Source of the DNA: Gemmatimonadaceae bacterium
GTDB taxonomy: Bacteria; Gemmatimonadota; Gemmatimonadetes; Gemmatimonadales; Gemmatimonadaceae
Assembly (NCBI GenBank): GCA_035626995.1
Contig: DASPMP010000019.1
Span: forward strand, 9,080 to 73,079
Length of the DNA: 64,000 bases
Direction of reading: 5' to 3'
A program made the position numbers and the translations under genes. Shown here in pieces: positions 7,679-19,954 of this stretch (position 1 is its first letter; each line of letters opens with the position of its first letter). Below the pieces are notes generated by a model. The model was given only the letters and a program-made list of their open reading frames with translations, was not told the origin of the DNA and ran no database searches.

Positions 7679-10297
7679 TCAGTCGCCCTTCCTCTGGAAG
7701 AGCAATTCGCAGGGACGCCCTGGTTCGACGAGATCTGACAGCGGAGTCTGCACGTTCTGGCCCACGTCATCCAGCTCCACGCTTCTGCCAGTCAGAGCCG
7801 ATGTCCAGCGCCCCGCCAGCTCGCGGGGAACCGTGAGCCGGCTCTCGACGCCGCTCGTGGTTTCGCGGAACCGGGTGCGCGCGATGGTGAGCGATCGCTC
7901 CTCCGGAACCTCCCGCACGAATGCAAAAACGCCAGGATCCGACTCAACCGGAAGGTAGGAACCTTTCGATAGCAGTGCCGCGTGGTCGCGACGAAAACGA
8001 AGCAGCGCCGCGGAAAATGCCAGCTTTACGCGTGGTTCGAAAAAGCGCTCCGACTGCACCGCCGACTGCAGCGCGTTGTCCACATCCAACGCAGCGAGAA
8101 GCTTCATCCGCAGTTCAAAATCCACCGGACGACGATTGTCGGGATCGACCATGGAGAAATCCCACAACTCGTAACCCTGATACAAGTCGGGGACCCCCGG
8201 AGCGGTACACTGGATCACGAGTCGCGCGAGCGAGATGCTGAACGCCGCATTCGCCGTGAGTGCCGTGAGCCGAGCCATGTCCGGGAGAAAGTGCGATTCC
8301 TTTTCCGGCAGCAGCGTGCCCTGCACAAAGGCCTGGACCGCCTGCTCGTACTGTTCGTCGGCATCCGTCCAGCTCGTGCGCGTCTTGGCCTCACGCACGG
8401 CCTTGAGCATGTATGTCTTCAGGCGGTCTCGGGCGGTTTCCAGCCATCCACGTTCTGGCAGGTCGTCCGCACGCCGCTCCGGTCGTTGCGCGGGCCAGAG
8501 CCCGAACAACATCTGGTAGTACAGGTACTCCGCGTTGGTATCCGGTGTGAGCTTGCCGCGGACGACGCGACGCAACGGCTTGTTGAGCCGACGCCAGCGC
8601 GCTACGTACCGGGCCCATTCCGACGGCATCGTGGACAGCACATCGAGTCGCGATCGCACGTCCGCGCTGCGCTTGGTGTCATGGGTATTGGCGGTCAGCA
8701 TCGTGTGCGGCCAGTCCGTGGCACGCTGCAGGTTGCGCGCGTGCGTCCGCGCCGCCGCATCGGCCAATGGCCGGTCCGGCGCGCCACCGACTTCGTTCCG
8801 GGACGCGAGCGGGACATACACGTACAGCGCGGTGTCTTCCACGCCCTTGGCGGTGGCGGGCCCCGATGTCTGCTGCAGCCGCGCCACCAGCTCATCCCGG
8901 AGCGGGTCGGCCGCGGAGGGTTTGGCGAAGAACGCATCTCGCAGCAACGCGAGCGCCGGTGCGCTCACGCGCTGCGACCGCGCGGCTTCGGTGAACGCGC
9001 GCTCGAGTCGCGGACGGTCGGCGTGCGATACGATCCCCGGTTCGGACACGTAGGAGCGGTACACGTCGAGGTGCACGATCAGCTCGACGATAGCGTCGGC
9101 GATCTCCTTGACGGATGCGTCAAATCGCCACCGGTGGGCCAGGCGCGCAGCGCGCATGACGTCGGGCCACAGCGGCCCGGTGAGCGACCGCCGTTTTCCT
9201 TCACGAGCGATCGCGTCAAAGTTCAGCTCGGGGTTGTGTCGCAGTCCGCGATATGCCGCTTCAATGGCGTCGTATCCCGACGCGTCGATGAACAGGTCCT
9301 CGACGTCGTTCAGGAAGTCGTATCCCGTTGTCCCCTGCACAGGCCATTCGCGCGGCAGCTGCTCGTCTCCCGAGAGAATCTTCTCGACGAAGATCGGGAA
9401 TGGTTCGGGCGCCTCGGGATGCCGGGATTCGTCGACCGCGCGCCGCAGGCGCGCGAGATACCATGACGGCGAACGCAACCCGTCGACGTGATCCACGCGC
9501 AGTCCGTCCAGTAATCCCTCACGCACCCAGCCAAGGACGAGCGCATGCGTTGCATCGAATACCTCGTCCGTCTCCATCCGCACGGCGACGAGATCGTTCA
9601 CGTCGAAGAACCGGCGATAATTCATCTCGCCTGCCGACCGCCACGAAGTCAGCTGATAGTTCTGCGCGTCGAGCAACTTGCGCAGCCGCGCTCGTCCTGC
9701 CTCGCCCTCAGCCCATTGCTCCGCGGCCGGTCGGCCTGAGGGATCGAACTGCGCGAGCTGGATCTCCTTCGGAAGCGTCGCGGGATCCAGCGGAAAGGTC
9801 TTGTCGAAGTATGCGATCCGGGAACCGCTGTCCCGAATGTGCAGGGTGATCTCGTCACGCTCGAGCACCGCAGCAAGATCGTCGCCCAGTACCGGAAGGA
9901 CGACGCGCCCCTTTGCTCTCGGGGCGTCCCAGTCGATATCAAACCACTCGGCGTAGCGCGACTGCTGTCCGCGCTCGAGCACGTTGTCCCAATAGGGATT
10001 CGCCGCGCTCGCGGCCATGTGGTTCGGCACGATGTCGAGGATGATTCCCATCCGGCGCCCATGCAGGTCCGCGGCGAGCGCGCGCAGGTCGTCTTCCGTG
10101 CCCAGCTCGGGGTTGAGCCGCGTGGGATCGATGACGTCATAACCGTGGGCGCTTCCCACGCTCGCGGCGAGAATCGGCGACAGATACAGGTGGGAGACGC
10201 CGAGCGAGTGGATGTAGGGAACGGCTTCACGGGCAGCGCACAGCGGAAACTCCTTGTGCAGCTGCAACCGCATGGTTGCTGTCAGGGTTCGGCTCAT
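7679..10297 (-). CDS. treY: Malto-oligosyltrehalose synthase
   Basis: TATMRLQLHKEF.., LGVSHLYLSPILAASVGSAHGYDVIDPTRLNPELG, GIILDIVPNHMA. The start is taken at the ATG at 10295-10297, which overlaps the malQ stop (ATGA). Confidence 0.9.
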   Translation of the reverse strand: MSRTLTATMRLQLHKEFPLCAAREAVPYIHSLGVSHLYLSPILAASVGSAHGYDVIDPTRLNPELGTEDDLRALAADLHGRRMGIILDIVPNHMAASAANPYWDNVLERGQQSRYAEWFDIDWDAPRAKGRVVLPVLGDDLAAVLERDEITLHIRDSGSRIAYFDKTFPLDPATLPKEIQLAQFDPSGRPAAEQWAEGEAGRARLRKLLDAQNYQLTSWRSAGEMNYRRFFDVNDLVAVRMETDEVFDATHALVLGWVREGLLDGLRVDHVDGLRSPSWYLARLRRAVDESRHPEAPEPFPIFVEKILSGDEQLPREWPVQGTTGYDFLNDVEDLFIDASGYDAIEAAYRGLRHNPELNFDAIAREGKRRSLTGPLWPDVMRAARLAHRWRFDASVKEIADAIVELIVHLDVYRSYVSEPGIVSHADRPRLERAFTEAARSQRVSAPALALLRDAFFAKPSAADPLRDELVARLQQTSGPATAKGVEDTALYVYVPLASRNEVGGAPDRPLADAAARTHARNLQRATDWPHTMLTANTHDTKRSADVRSRLDVLSTMPSEWARYVARWRRLNKPLRRVVRGKLTPDTNAEYLYYQMLFGLWPAQRPERRADDLPERGWLETARDRLKTYMLKAVREAKTRTSWTDADEQYEQAVQAFVQGTLLPEKESHFLPDMARLTALTANAAFSISLARLVIQCTAPGVPDLYQGYELWDFSMVDPDNRRPVDFELRMKLLAALDVDNALQSAVQSERFFEPRVKLAFSAALLRFRRDHAALLSKGSYLPVESDPGVFAFVREVPEERSLTIARTRFRETTSGVESRLTVPRELAGRWTSALTGRSVELDDVGQNVQTPLSDLVEPGRPCELLFQRKGD

Positions 10298-12411
10298 GGC
10301 GACCGTCGCCGCCGCGCCCGGCACTGCATGGTATCGTCGACCTCGAAGCTCCAGCTGATCTCCTCGATCGCGCGACTCATCTTCCGTCGCCAGCTGGGAT
10401 ACTTGTCCGCGCCAACGCCAGGCACGTTCACCGGATCGGATTCACCCGTGAGATCGTCGAGTGACACGCCAACGAGCCGTGCAGGCGTCGAACAGAGAAA
10501 TTCGTGAACCGCGGCGGAGAGCTCGCGTGGAAAGTGTGACGCTTCGAATGGCCTCGGCGCCGAAAGTGCGAGGCGCGCGAGCAGCGCCTGCTTGTCCGCG
10601 GCTCGTTCCTTCCGGGCACCGCGGACGGCGGCTGGTCCGTCGAGCAGGCCAAGTTCTGAGCGCAGCTCGATATCGCTCTCGTTCCAGAATCCGCTCAGCG
10701 TCGGCATGTCATGCGTATTCGCCGTGGCCAGCGATAGCTCGGGATACCTGCTCGCGCTCTTGAATCCCCGCGTGTCACGTTCGAAGTACAGCACCTTGGA
10801 AGACAGGATGCCCCATTTCCTGAGTGCCGGCGGCACATCCTTCGGCACCGTACCCAGGTCTTCTCCAACGACGATTGCATCATGTCGCATGCTTTCGAGC
10901 GCGAGAATGCCAAGCAGGTCCTCCGACGGATACCGCACGTATGCTCCCTGCCGTCCCGACAGGCCGTCGGGAATCCAGAAGGTGCGGAAGAGTCCCATGA
11001 CGTGATCGATCCGCAGCGCGCCGGCATGCTCGAAGGCGCGACGGACGAGCTGAATCCAGTAGCGATAGCACTGGCGGCGCAACGCGCGCGGGTCGATTGG
11101 AGGGAGTCCCCAGTTCTGCCCCTCGGCCGCGTAAGGATCCGGCGGCGCGCCCACGGCAGCGCCGCGCAGGAACAGGTCGGGATAACTCCAGGTATCGCTG
11201 CCGCCAGGGTTCGTCCCGATCGCCAGATCCTGGTAAACGCCAACGCGCATCCCCAGCACGCGAGCCCGTTCGGAGATCTCGTGCAACTGGCGATGGACTT
11301 CGAACTGCAGCCACCGGAAGAAGTCCACCCGCTCGTCGTGCGCGCGCGCATACGCCACGACTGCCCCGGAGCCAGCGTCCTGCAATGCCTCCGGCCACTG
11401 CCTCCAGTCCGGCATGCGTGAACTCTCCGCGATGGCCATCCATGTTGCGAAGCGCGTAATCTCAGGCTCGCGCGCACGCACGAAGGCATCGTACGCCTCC
11501 GCATCGCTGCCGGGCTGCGCCCGAAAGGTCCGGTGGACCTCGGTGAGCACGCGCTCCTTCAATGCGATGGCTCCCTCGTAATCAACGAGACGCGCATCGC
11601 GGAGCGCCTGCAGTGCTCGCCGCGCGTCCGGTGCGTTGAGCAACGCCTTTGCTTCGGCCGACCGCTCGAAGTGCGGGATCCGCTCGACTTCGAGATACAG
11701 GTGATTCCGGAAGAGCCGGCTCACCGGGCTGTACGGACTCACGTCCCATCCGCGGTTGTACAGCGCGTGCAGCGGGTTGAAGCCGACGAAATCCGCTCCT
11801 CGATTCCCGGCCCACTCAACGATCTCCCGCAGTGTGCCGAGGTCCCCGACGCCCCAGTCGTGCTCTCGACGCACCGAGTACAGGTTCGCGACAACGCCCA
11901 TCCCCTTGTCATCGCCGAAATGCTGCTGCGGCAGCGCACAGGTCGCAGGGACGACGATGAAAGACTGCTCGGCTTCTCGCTCGTCCTGGGCGGCGGTGAA
12001 GCGGACGTGCAGGCGGTGATAGCCGTAGCTCGCCTTTGTGGGGAGCGTGATCGTCGCCGAGCGGCGTACAGTTGCATTCACCTTCCAGGTGTGCCCCTGC
12101 TCCTCGGTCAGCTCGACCTCGACCTGCGCCGTTCGCATTCCATCTGGGAGACGAATGCGCACCTGGCGCGCGGACGCGTCATCACGCCTAACGACGCGCA
12201 CTGGGTCGATGATCCGGTTGCGTTCCTCGTGATCGAGCTCGTCCAACCAGCCGCGCGCGGCGTCGGATGTCGGCGCGTCCATCCCCATGACCGAGAGCAG
12301 GGCTTCGCGCGCCGCGTCGGTGGTCCGGCGCACCTCGCGCCCCGTCTGATCGAGGTATTCCGGAATAATGCCGACGCGGTCGGCAAGTTCTCGTAGCGCC
12401 GTGCGGGTCAC
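10294..12411 (-). CDS. malQ: 4-alpha-glucanotransferase (GH77 amylomaltase) with an N-terminal extension domain
   Basis: GH77 motifs GWDVSPYSPVSRLF, LRIDHVMGLFRTFWIP, VVGEDLGTVP, ANTHDMPTL. A GTG start at 12409-12411 overlaps the glgB stop (GTGA). Confidence 0.88.
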   Translation of the reverse strand: MTRTALRELADRVGIIPEYLDQTGREVRRTTDAAREALLSVMGMDAPTSDAARGWLDELDHEERNRIIDPVRVVRRDDASARQVRIRLPDGMRTAQVEVELTEEQGHTWKVNATVRRSATITLPTKASYGYHRLHVRFTAAQDEREAEQSFIVVPATCALPQQHFGDDKGMGVVANLYSVRREHDWGVGDLGTLREIVEWAGNRGADFVGFNPLHALYNRGWDVSPYSPVSRLFRNHLYLEVERIPHFERSAEAKALLNAPDARRALQALRDARLVDYEGAIALKERVLTEVHRTFRAQPGSDAEAYDAFVRAREPEITRFATWMAIAESSRMPDWRQWPEALQDAGSGAVVAYARAHDERVDFFRWLQFEVHRQLHEISERARVLGMRVGVYQDLAIGTNPGGSDTWSYPDLFLRGAAVGAPPDPYAAEGQNWGLPPIDPRALRRQCYRYWIQLVRRAFEHAGALRIDHVMGLFRTFWIPDGLSGRQGAYVRYPSEDLLGILALESMRHDAIVVGEDLGTVPKDVPPALRKWGILSSKVLYFERDTRGFKSASRYPELSLATANTHDMPTLSGFWNESDIELRSELGLLDGPAAVRGARKERAADKQALLARLALSAPRPFEASHFPRELSAAVHEFLCSTPARLVGVSLDDLTGESDPVNVPGVGADKYPSWRRKMSRAIEEISWSFEVDDTMQCRARRRRSP

Positions 12412-14660
12412 GCCGTTCGTTCCGGGACGAGCACCAGCGCAGAAAGAGGTGGCAACGTCAACTCGATCGACTGCGGAAATCCGTGGAACGGCGCCTCGGT
12501 GGCGCGGACGCGTTCGCGCGTTCCGTGGCCGCTCCCCGCCCAATCCGCGGCGTCGGAGTTGAGGACTTCATGATACTCGACCAGCGCCGGTACGCCGATG
12601 CGATATTGCGGTCGCGGGACGGGAGTGAGATTCAGCACTACGACGGCATGCTGCTCCCCGTCGCGACGGACGTATGCGAGCACGGAGTTGTCGCGATCGT
12701 CCGCGCTGATCCAGCTGAACCCTTCCCACTCGGCATCCCGGCGCCAGAACTCGGGGCGTTTGCGGTAAATCGCGGCGAGTCGGGAGAGATATGCGAAGTA
12801 TTGCGCACGTCGGGGGTCGTCCTGCAGCAGGTTCCACTCGAGGCTCTGCTCGTGGTTCCACTCGGTCCAGGGCGCGAGCTCCATCCCCTGAAACAGCAGC
12901 TTCTTCCCGGGGCGGGTGATCATGTACGCAAGCAGCGTCCGAAGGTTCGCGAACTTCTGCCATTCGTCGCCCGCCATCTTGTTCAGCAGCGATCCCTTTC
13001 CATGGACGACTTCGTCATGTGACAGCGGCATGACGAACTTCTCGGTGTACTCGTAGATCATCGCGAACGTCAGCTGGTCATGATGCCAGCGGCGATGAAT
13101 GGGATCGAGCGCGAAGTATTTCAGCGTGTCGTGCATCCACCCCATGTTCCACTTGAAGGTGAAGCCCAACCCACCATGCGCTGGATCGTTGGTCACGCCC
13201 GGCCACGCGGTGGATTCTTCGGCGATGATCGAGCAGCCGGGATGTTCGTGCCGGATCGTCTCGTTCAGCTGCCGCAGGAAGTCGATCGCTTCGAGATTCT
13301 CGCGTCCGCCGTAGCGGTTGCGCAGCCACTGCCCTGGCTGGCGGCTGTAATCGAGGTACAGCATGGATGCGACGGCGTCGACGCGCAGCCCGTCCGCATG
13401 AAATTCCTCGAGCCAGAACAATGCATTCGCCACGAGGAAGTTCTTCACCTCGGGGCGACCATAGTTGAAGATCAGCGTCCCCCAGTCCGGATGCTCGCCA
13501 AGACGGGGATCCTCGTGCTCGAAGAGCGCAGAGCCATCGAAGCGACGCAGCGCGAAATCGTCCTTCGGGAAATGCGCCGGAACCCAATCCAGGATTACGC
13601 CGATGTCATGCTGGTGCAACGTGTCGACGAAGAACCTGAAGTCATCCGGGCTGCCGTACCGGGACGTCGGTGCGTAGTAGCCGCTCACCTGGTAGCCCCA
13701 CGATCCGTAGAACGGATGCTCCATCACCGGCAACAACTCCACGTGGGTGAAGCCAAGGCGCTTCACATGCTCGGCCAGCCGCGGCGCGATCTCGCGATAG
13801 GTGAGGAAGCGATTGCCTTCCCCGGGCACGCGCGCCCAGGATCCGAGATGCACCTCGTAGATCAGTTCCGGGCAGCGGTGCGGGTCGCGACGGTCACGCT
13901 GCTGCATCCACGCGTCGTCGTTCCACTCATATGACGACAGCGGTGGCTCCACGATCGACGCCGTGCCGGGATGCTGCTCGAGCTTGAAGGCGAACGGGTC
14001 CGTCTTCACACGGATGTCGGCTGTCTGTGTGATGATCTCGTACTTGTACAGCGCGCCCGGTGAAAGCTCGGGAATGAACAATTCCCAGACGCCCGACGCG
14101 CCGAGGGAACGCATGGGATAGACGCGGCCGTCCCATTGGCAGAAGTCGCCGACCACGCTCACCCGCTGCGCGGTCGGCGCCCAGACCGCGAAGGCGACTC
14201 CCGAGACGCCATCCCTCGTCATGGGATGCGCGCCGAGCTTTTCCCAGAGACGGCGATGCGTGCCTTCATTGAACAAGTGCGCATCGATCTCGCCGACCGT
14301 TGGTCCGAAGCGATAGGGGTCGTCACGCTCCCAGACATTGCCATCGGCGAATCGGTACCGCACGCGATACGGAAGAGGATGCGTTGCGCCAGGAAGGAAC
14401 GTGGCGAACAGCGCGTCCTCGCGCTGCATTGGCACAACATCGCCATTAAGGAGAAGTTCTGCCGAGACCGCTGCGTGCTGCATAGCGCGGATGACGATTC
14501 CCTCGACGCCTTCAAGGGTGGTGGAGTGCGCTCCCAGGATCGAATGCGGGTCGTGATGCCGCCCCTCCATCAACCGGCGCAGGGACGCGCGATCGTGCGC
14601 CAACGCCGGCCCGTCGCTCGAGCGGGTGCGCAGGGTGGGCTCGGTCGCGCGCTTTCGCAT
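12408..14660 (-). CDS. glgB: 1,4-alpha-glucan branching enzyme (GH13_9)
   Basis: WGYQVSGYYAPTSRYGSPDDFRFFVDTLHQHDIGVILDWVPAHFPKD, GLRVDAVASMLYLDY, IIAEESTAWPGVT, LSHDEVVHGKGSL. The start is taken at the ATG at 14658-14660, 10 nt after the glgX stop. The longest ORF start (14759) would overlap glgX. Confidence 0.9.
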   Translation of the reverse strand: MRKRATEPTLRTRSSDGPALAHDRASLRRLMEGRHHDPHSILGAHSTTLEGVEGIVIRAMQHAAVSAELLLNGDVVPMQREDALFATFLPGATHPLPYRVRYRFADGNVWERDDPYRFGPTVGEIDAHLFNEGTHRRLWEKLGAHPMTRDGVSGVAFAVWAPTAQRVSVVGDFCQWDGRVYPMRSLGASGVWELFIPELSPGALYKYEIITQTADIRVKTDPFAFKLEQHPGTASIVEPPLSSYEWNDDAWMQQRDRRDPHRCPELIYEVHLGSWARVPGEGNRFLTYREIAPRLAEHVKRLGFTHVELLPVMEHPFYGSWGYQVSGYYAPTSRYGSPDDFRFFVDTLHQHDIGVILDWVPAHFPKDDFALRRFDGSALFEHEDPRLGEHPDWGTLIFNYGRPEVKNFLVANALFWLEEFHADGLRVDAVASMLYLDYSRQPGQWLRNRYGGRENLEAIDFLRQLNETIRHEHPGCSIIAEESTAWPGVTNDPAHGGLGFTFKWNMGWMHDTLKYFALDPIHRRWHHDQLTFAMIYEYTEKFVMPLSHDEVVHGKGSLLNKMAGDEWQKFANLRTLLAYMITRPGKKLLFQGMELAPWTEWNHEQSLEWNLLQDDPRRAQYFAYLSRLAAIYRKRPEFWRRDAEWEGFSWISADDRDNSVLAYVRRDGEQHAVVVLNLTPVPRPQYRIGVPALVEYHEVLNSDAADWAGSGHGTRERVRATEAPFHGFPQSIELTLPPLSALVLVPERTA

Positions 14661-14670
14661 CGTCTTTTTC

Positions 14671-16857
14671 TCAGCCACTGTTCTCACTCCGTGCTGCGGC
14701 GTCCGCGCTGCTGGCACTGCGCGAGGTCGGTTCGACCGCGAGGCGGCGATCGCGTCCATAGCGCAGCAGCATCAGCGAGTACGGCAAGAGCCGGACACAA
14801 TTGTCCGCCAGCACGGTGAGCTCGGCGCGGGCGGTGTTCACGAGCTCGGCCCAGATCCCGCGGTGTGACAGCTCCGGCAGCGCGAAGGTGACGTCTTCGG
14901 GCGAGTTGCTGATGATCAGCAACAGCGTGTCATCGGAGACCGGGTGGCCGCGATCGTTCGTCTCGTCGGTGGCATTGCCATTGATGAGCATGCCGAGCGC
15001 TGTGGCGTTGGGGTCGCTCCAGTCCGCGTCGGTGAGCTCCTTCCCATCCAGGCGCAGCCAGGTCACGTCCTTGTGCCCGCTTTCGTCGACTGGCATCCCC
15101 CGGAAGAAATGACGCCGACGAAGGACCGGGTGCGCCTGTCGAATGGCGAGCACGCGCTTCGTGAATTCGAGAAGTTCCTTACGCCGCCAGTCCAGGCTCC
15201 AGTCCAGCCAGGTGATATCGTTGTCCTGCGCGTACGCGTTGTTGTTTCCGTTCTGGGTGCGGCCGATCTCGTCCCCATGGGACAGCATCGGCACCCCCTG
15301 TGAGAACGCCATGGTCGCCAGGAAGTTCTTCATCGAGCGGTACCGATAGTTCAAAATTTCCTCATTATCGGTTTCGCCTTCGACGCCCCAGTTCCGGCTG
15401 ATGTTGTCGTTGTGTCCGTCGCGATTCTCCTCTCCATTGGCTTCGTTGTGCTTCTGCTCGTAGCTCACCAGATCCCGCAGCGTGTAGCCGTCGTGCGCCG
15501 TGGCGAAATTGATGCTCGCGTACGCTTCGCGATCGCTCCAGCTGTAGATGTCCGCAGATCCGGCCAGGCGCGACGCAACTTCGGCCACGTGGCCGCGATC
15601 GCCCCGCCAGAAATGCCGGATGCTGTCGCGAAACTTCCCGTTCCACTCGGCCCATCGAATTGGGAAGTTGCCGACCTGATATCCGCCCGGGCCCACGTCC
15701 CACGGTTCGGCAATCAACTTTACCGTGGAGAGCGTGGGATCCTGGTGGATGATGTCGAAGAACGCGGACAGGCGATCGACTTCGTACAACTCGCGCGCAA
15801 GGACGGGTGCAAGATCGAACCGGAAGCCGTCGACGTGCATCTCCGTCACCCAGTAGCGCAGTGAATCCATGATGAGCTGGATCGTGCGCGGATGCTGCAT
15901 GTTCAGGCTGTTTCCCGTGCCGGTGAAATCCGTGTAAAAGCGCGGGTTCTCCGGCTCCAGCCGATAGTACGCCTTGTTGTCGATCCCCTTGAAACAGAGG
16001 GTCGGCCCGAGATGGTTCCCCTCACCCGTGTGGTTGTAGACGACGTCGAGGATGACTTCGAGCCCCGCGGCGTGCAGGGTCTTCACCATGCTCTTGAACT
16101 CGTACACCTGGTTGCCGAGTCCCTGCGCGGCGTACCGGACGTCGGGGGCGAAGTAGCCGATCGAGTTGTAGCCCCAGTAGTTCGTCAGCCCACGCTCGGC
16201 GAGATGCCGGTCGACGACGAACTGGTGCACCGGGAGCAACTCGATCGCCGTCACGCCAAGGGTGCTGAAGTACTCCAGCATCGGCTCGGAACAGAGTCCG
16301 AGGTAGGTGCCGCGCAGATGCTCCGGCACGGCCGGGTTGCGCATCGTCATCCCCTTGACGTGACACTCGTAGATGATCGTGCGGTTCCACGGCGTGTTGA
16401 GGGGCTTGTCAGCTTCCCAGGTGAATGCGGAATCCACGACCACGCACTTGGGCACCTGAGACGCGTCGTTGTCGGATGTGGGCTCGAGGTCCTCATTCGT
16501 GCTGCCAACCTTGTACGCGAACAGCGAATCGTTCCACTTGATCGCGCCCGTGAGGGCTTTCGCATAAGGGTCGATCAACAACTTGGCGGGATTGAACCGG
16601 TGCCCCGCGGCGGGATCGTAGGGCCCGTGCACCCGATAGCCGTAGAACTGTCCCGGACGAACATCCGGGAGGTAGCAGTGCCACACCTGATCCGTGCGCT
16701 CGCGCAGCCAGATCTTCTGCGTCTCCACCGCGTCGCCCGGCCCGTCGAACAGGCAGAGCTCGACGCCGGTTCCGTTCTGCGAAAAGAGGGCGAAGTTGAC
16801 GCCAGCGCCGTCCCAGGTGGCGCCCAGCGGATATGGCTGTCCCGGCCAGACTCTCAT
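14671..16857 (-). CDS. glgX: Glycogen debranching enzyme (GH13_11)
   Basis: MRVWPGQPYPLGATWDGAGVNFALFS, VILDVVYNHTGEG, GFRFDLA, LIAEPWD, ATAHDGYTLRDLVSY. The ATG at 16855-16857 overlaps the pep2 stop (ATGA). Confidence 0.9.
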   Translation of the reverse strand: MRVWPGQPYPLGATWDGAGVNFALFSQNGTGVELCLFDGPGDAVETQKIWLRERTDQVWHCYLPDVRPGQFYGYRVHGPYDPAAGHRFNPAKLLIDPYAKALTGAIKWNDSLFAYKVGSTNEDLEPTSDNDASQVPKCVVVDSAFTWEADKPLNTPWNRTIIYECHVKGMTMRNPAVPEHLRGTYLGLCSEPMLEYFSTLGVTAIELLPVHQFVVDRHLAERGLTNYWGYNSIGYFAPDVRYAAQGLGNQVYEFKSMVKTLHAAGLEVILDVVYNHTGEGNHLGPTLCFKGIDNKAYYRLEPENPRFYTDFTGTGNSLNMQHPRTIQLIMDSLRYWVTEMHVDGFRFDLAPVLARELYEVDRLSAFFDIIHQDPTLSTVKLIAEPWDVGPGGYQVGNFPIRWAEWNGKFRDSIRHFWRGDRGHVAEVASRLAGSADIYSWSDREAYASINFATAHDGYTLRDLVSYEQKHNEANGEENRDGHNDNISRNWGVEGETDNEEILNYRYRSMKNFLATMAFSQGVPMLSHGDEIGRTQNGNNNAYAQDNDITWLDWSLDWRRKELLEFTKRVLAIRQAHPVLRRRHFFRGMPVDESGHKDVTWLRLDGKELTDADWSDPNATALGMLINGNATDETNDRGHPVSDDTLLLIISNSPEDVTFALPELSHRGIWAELVNTARAELTVLADNCVRLLPYSLMLLRYGRDRRLAVEPTSRSASSADAAARSENSG

Positions 16858-18241
16858 GTGGTCAGCGCCGTGATGCCGCGCAGGGGAATCCACGCCCAGT
16901 CCGGTCGGTGATCGAGCTCGTATTGCAATTCATAGAATACCTTTTCAGCTTCGAAGAGCCTGATGAGACGCTCCGCATTCCGGCGGTCGCGGGGCAGCAG
17001 GCCGCGTACCGGAGTGTCCACGTCCGCGAAGTACCCTCGGAAGAACGCGGCGCGAGCGTCCTGTTCCCAGCGGGATGCGCGGTCGACCCCGGCCTTCCCA
17101 TTGGCGGCGCCAACCGCGGCAAGGTACGCGAAGGAGCGCAGCATGCCGGCAACGTCGCGCAGCGGCGATTGCAGCGCACGACGCTCCGCCAATGGCCGCG
17201 CGGGCTCACCTTCAAAATCAATGATGAGGAACTGGTTGGCTGCGGAACGGAGCACCTGGCCCAGGTGATAGTCGCCATGAACGCGCGTCTTCAGGCCGGC
17301 ATCGTTGGCCAGATCTCTGCCCCACCCAGCGACGAGCTCCGTGAAACGGTCGGCAATCAGCGCGCGTGCGGCGTCAGCGTGTTTCCCGGGAATGCTGTCC
17401 ACGGCGCCGCGCAGGGATTCGAGAGAGCGTCGTGCCATGCGTGCCGTCGCATCCGTCCATGCCTTTACGTCGGTCTCCTGAACTTGCGTGGGTGCGAAGG
17501 CGCTTCCCGGTGCGCCCGATGCCAGCGTTTCGTGCAGCGCGCGCGTGACAATCCCGAGTTGCTCGGCCTCGTTTAGGAACGGCATGTCCGTGCCTCGGCC
17601 GTTCCCGAAGTGCTCGCGCGTACATTCGAGCGCGAACGACCAGCCATCCATTGCCTGCGGGACGAGCTCCTGGAGCATTCCGGCGGTGGTGGTCCCCTCT
17701 GCGTCTTCGAAGCGGATGGTGCCGAGCAGTACGGGAGTGTGCAGGAACTGACGGTCGATCGTGAGAAAGCGCGTGACTTCGACGTCGGGATGGACGCCAG
17801 GCTCGAGCCGTCGGAACAGCTTCAGAATCGCCTCTCCCTCGACAAGCACTGAGGTGTTGCTCTGCTCCGCCTTCGACAGCGTAATCGTCGATGCCGGTGG
17901 CGCGACGAGCATCCGCTTCCCTTCCGACTGAATGATCCAGCGCGCGCGTCCACTGTCGAAGGCTGCGCCGTGCGCGAAGGCGTCGATGAGGCCGCGCCGG
18001 AACTGCTCGTTCTCCAGCGCGTCGCCGATCGGTTCCGACTCCGCGCCAAGAACGAGCTGGTAGGTGGACGTCCCGTCATCGGTCTCTACGTCCGCGCGCG
18101 CGACGGCGAAATCGCGGTCTGCGTTCGGCCACACCACCGGGATGCGCTCGCGAAGCCTGGCGCCGCGGATGACCTTCGTCTTGTCCCCGAACCAGCGCTT
18201 CGACTTGAGGAAGGCGATCAGCTCGCCGCCGCGATCGCCGG

Positions 18242-18245
<4 letters not shown>
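16854..18245 (-). CDS. pep2: Maltokinase (maltose 1-phosphate-forming; stand-alone, not fused to TreS)
   Basis: Aminoglycoside-phosphotransferase-like core VHGDYHLGQVLR ... FLIIDFEGEP, positioned between treS and glgX. The ATG at 18243-18245 overlaps the treS stop (ATGA). Confidence 0.8.
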
Positions 18246-19950
<1,705 letters not shown>

Positions 19951-19954
<4 letters not shown>

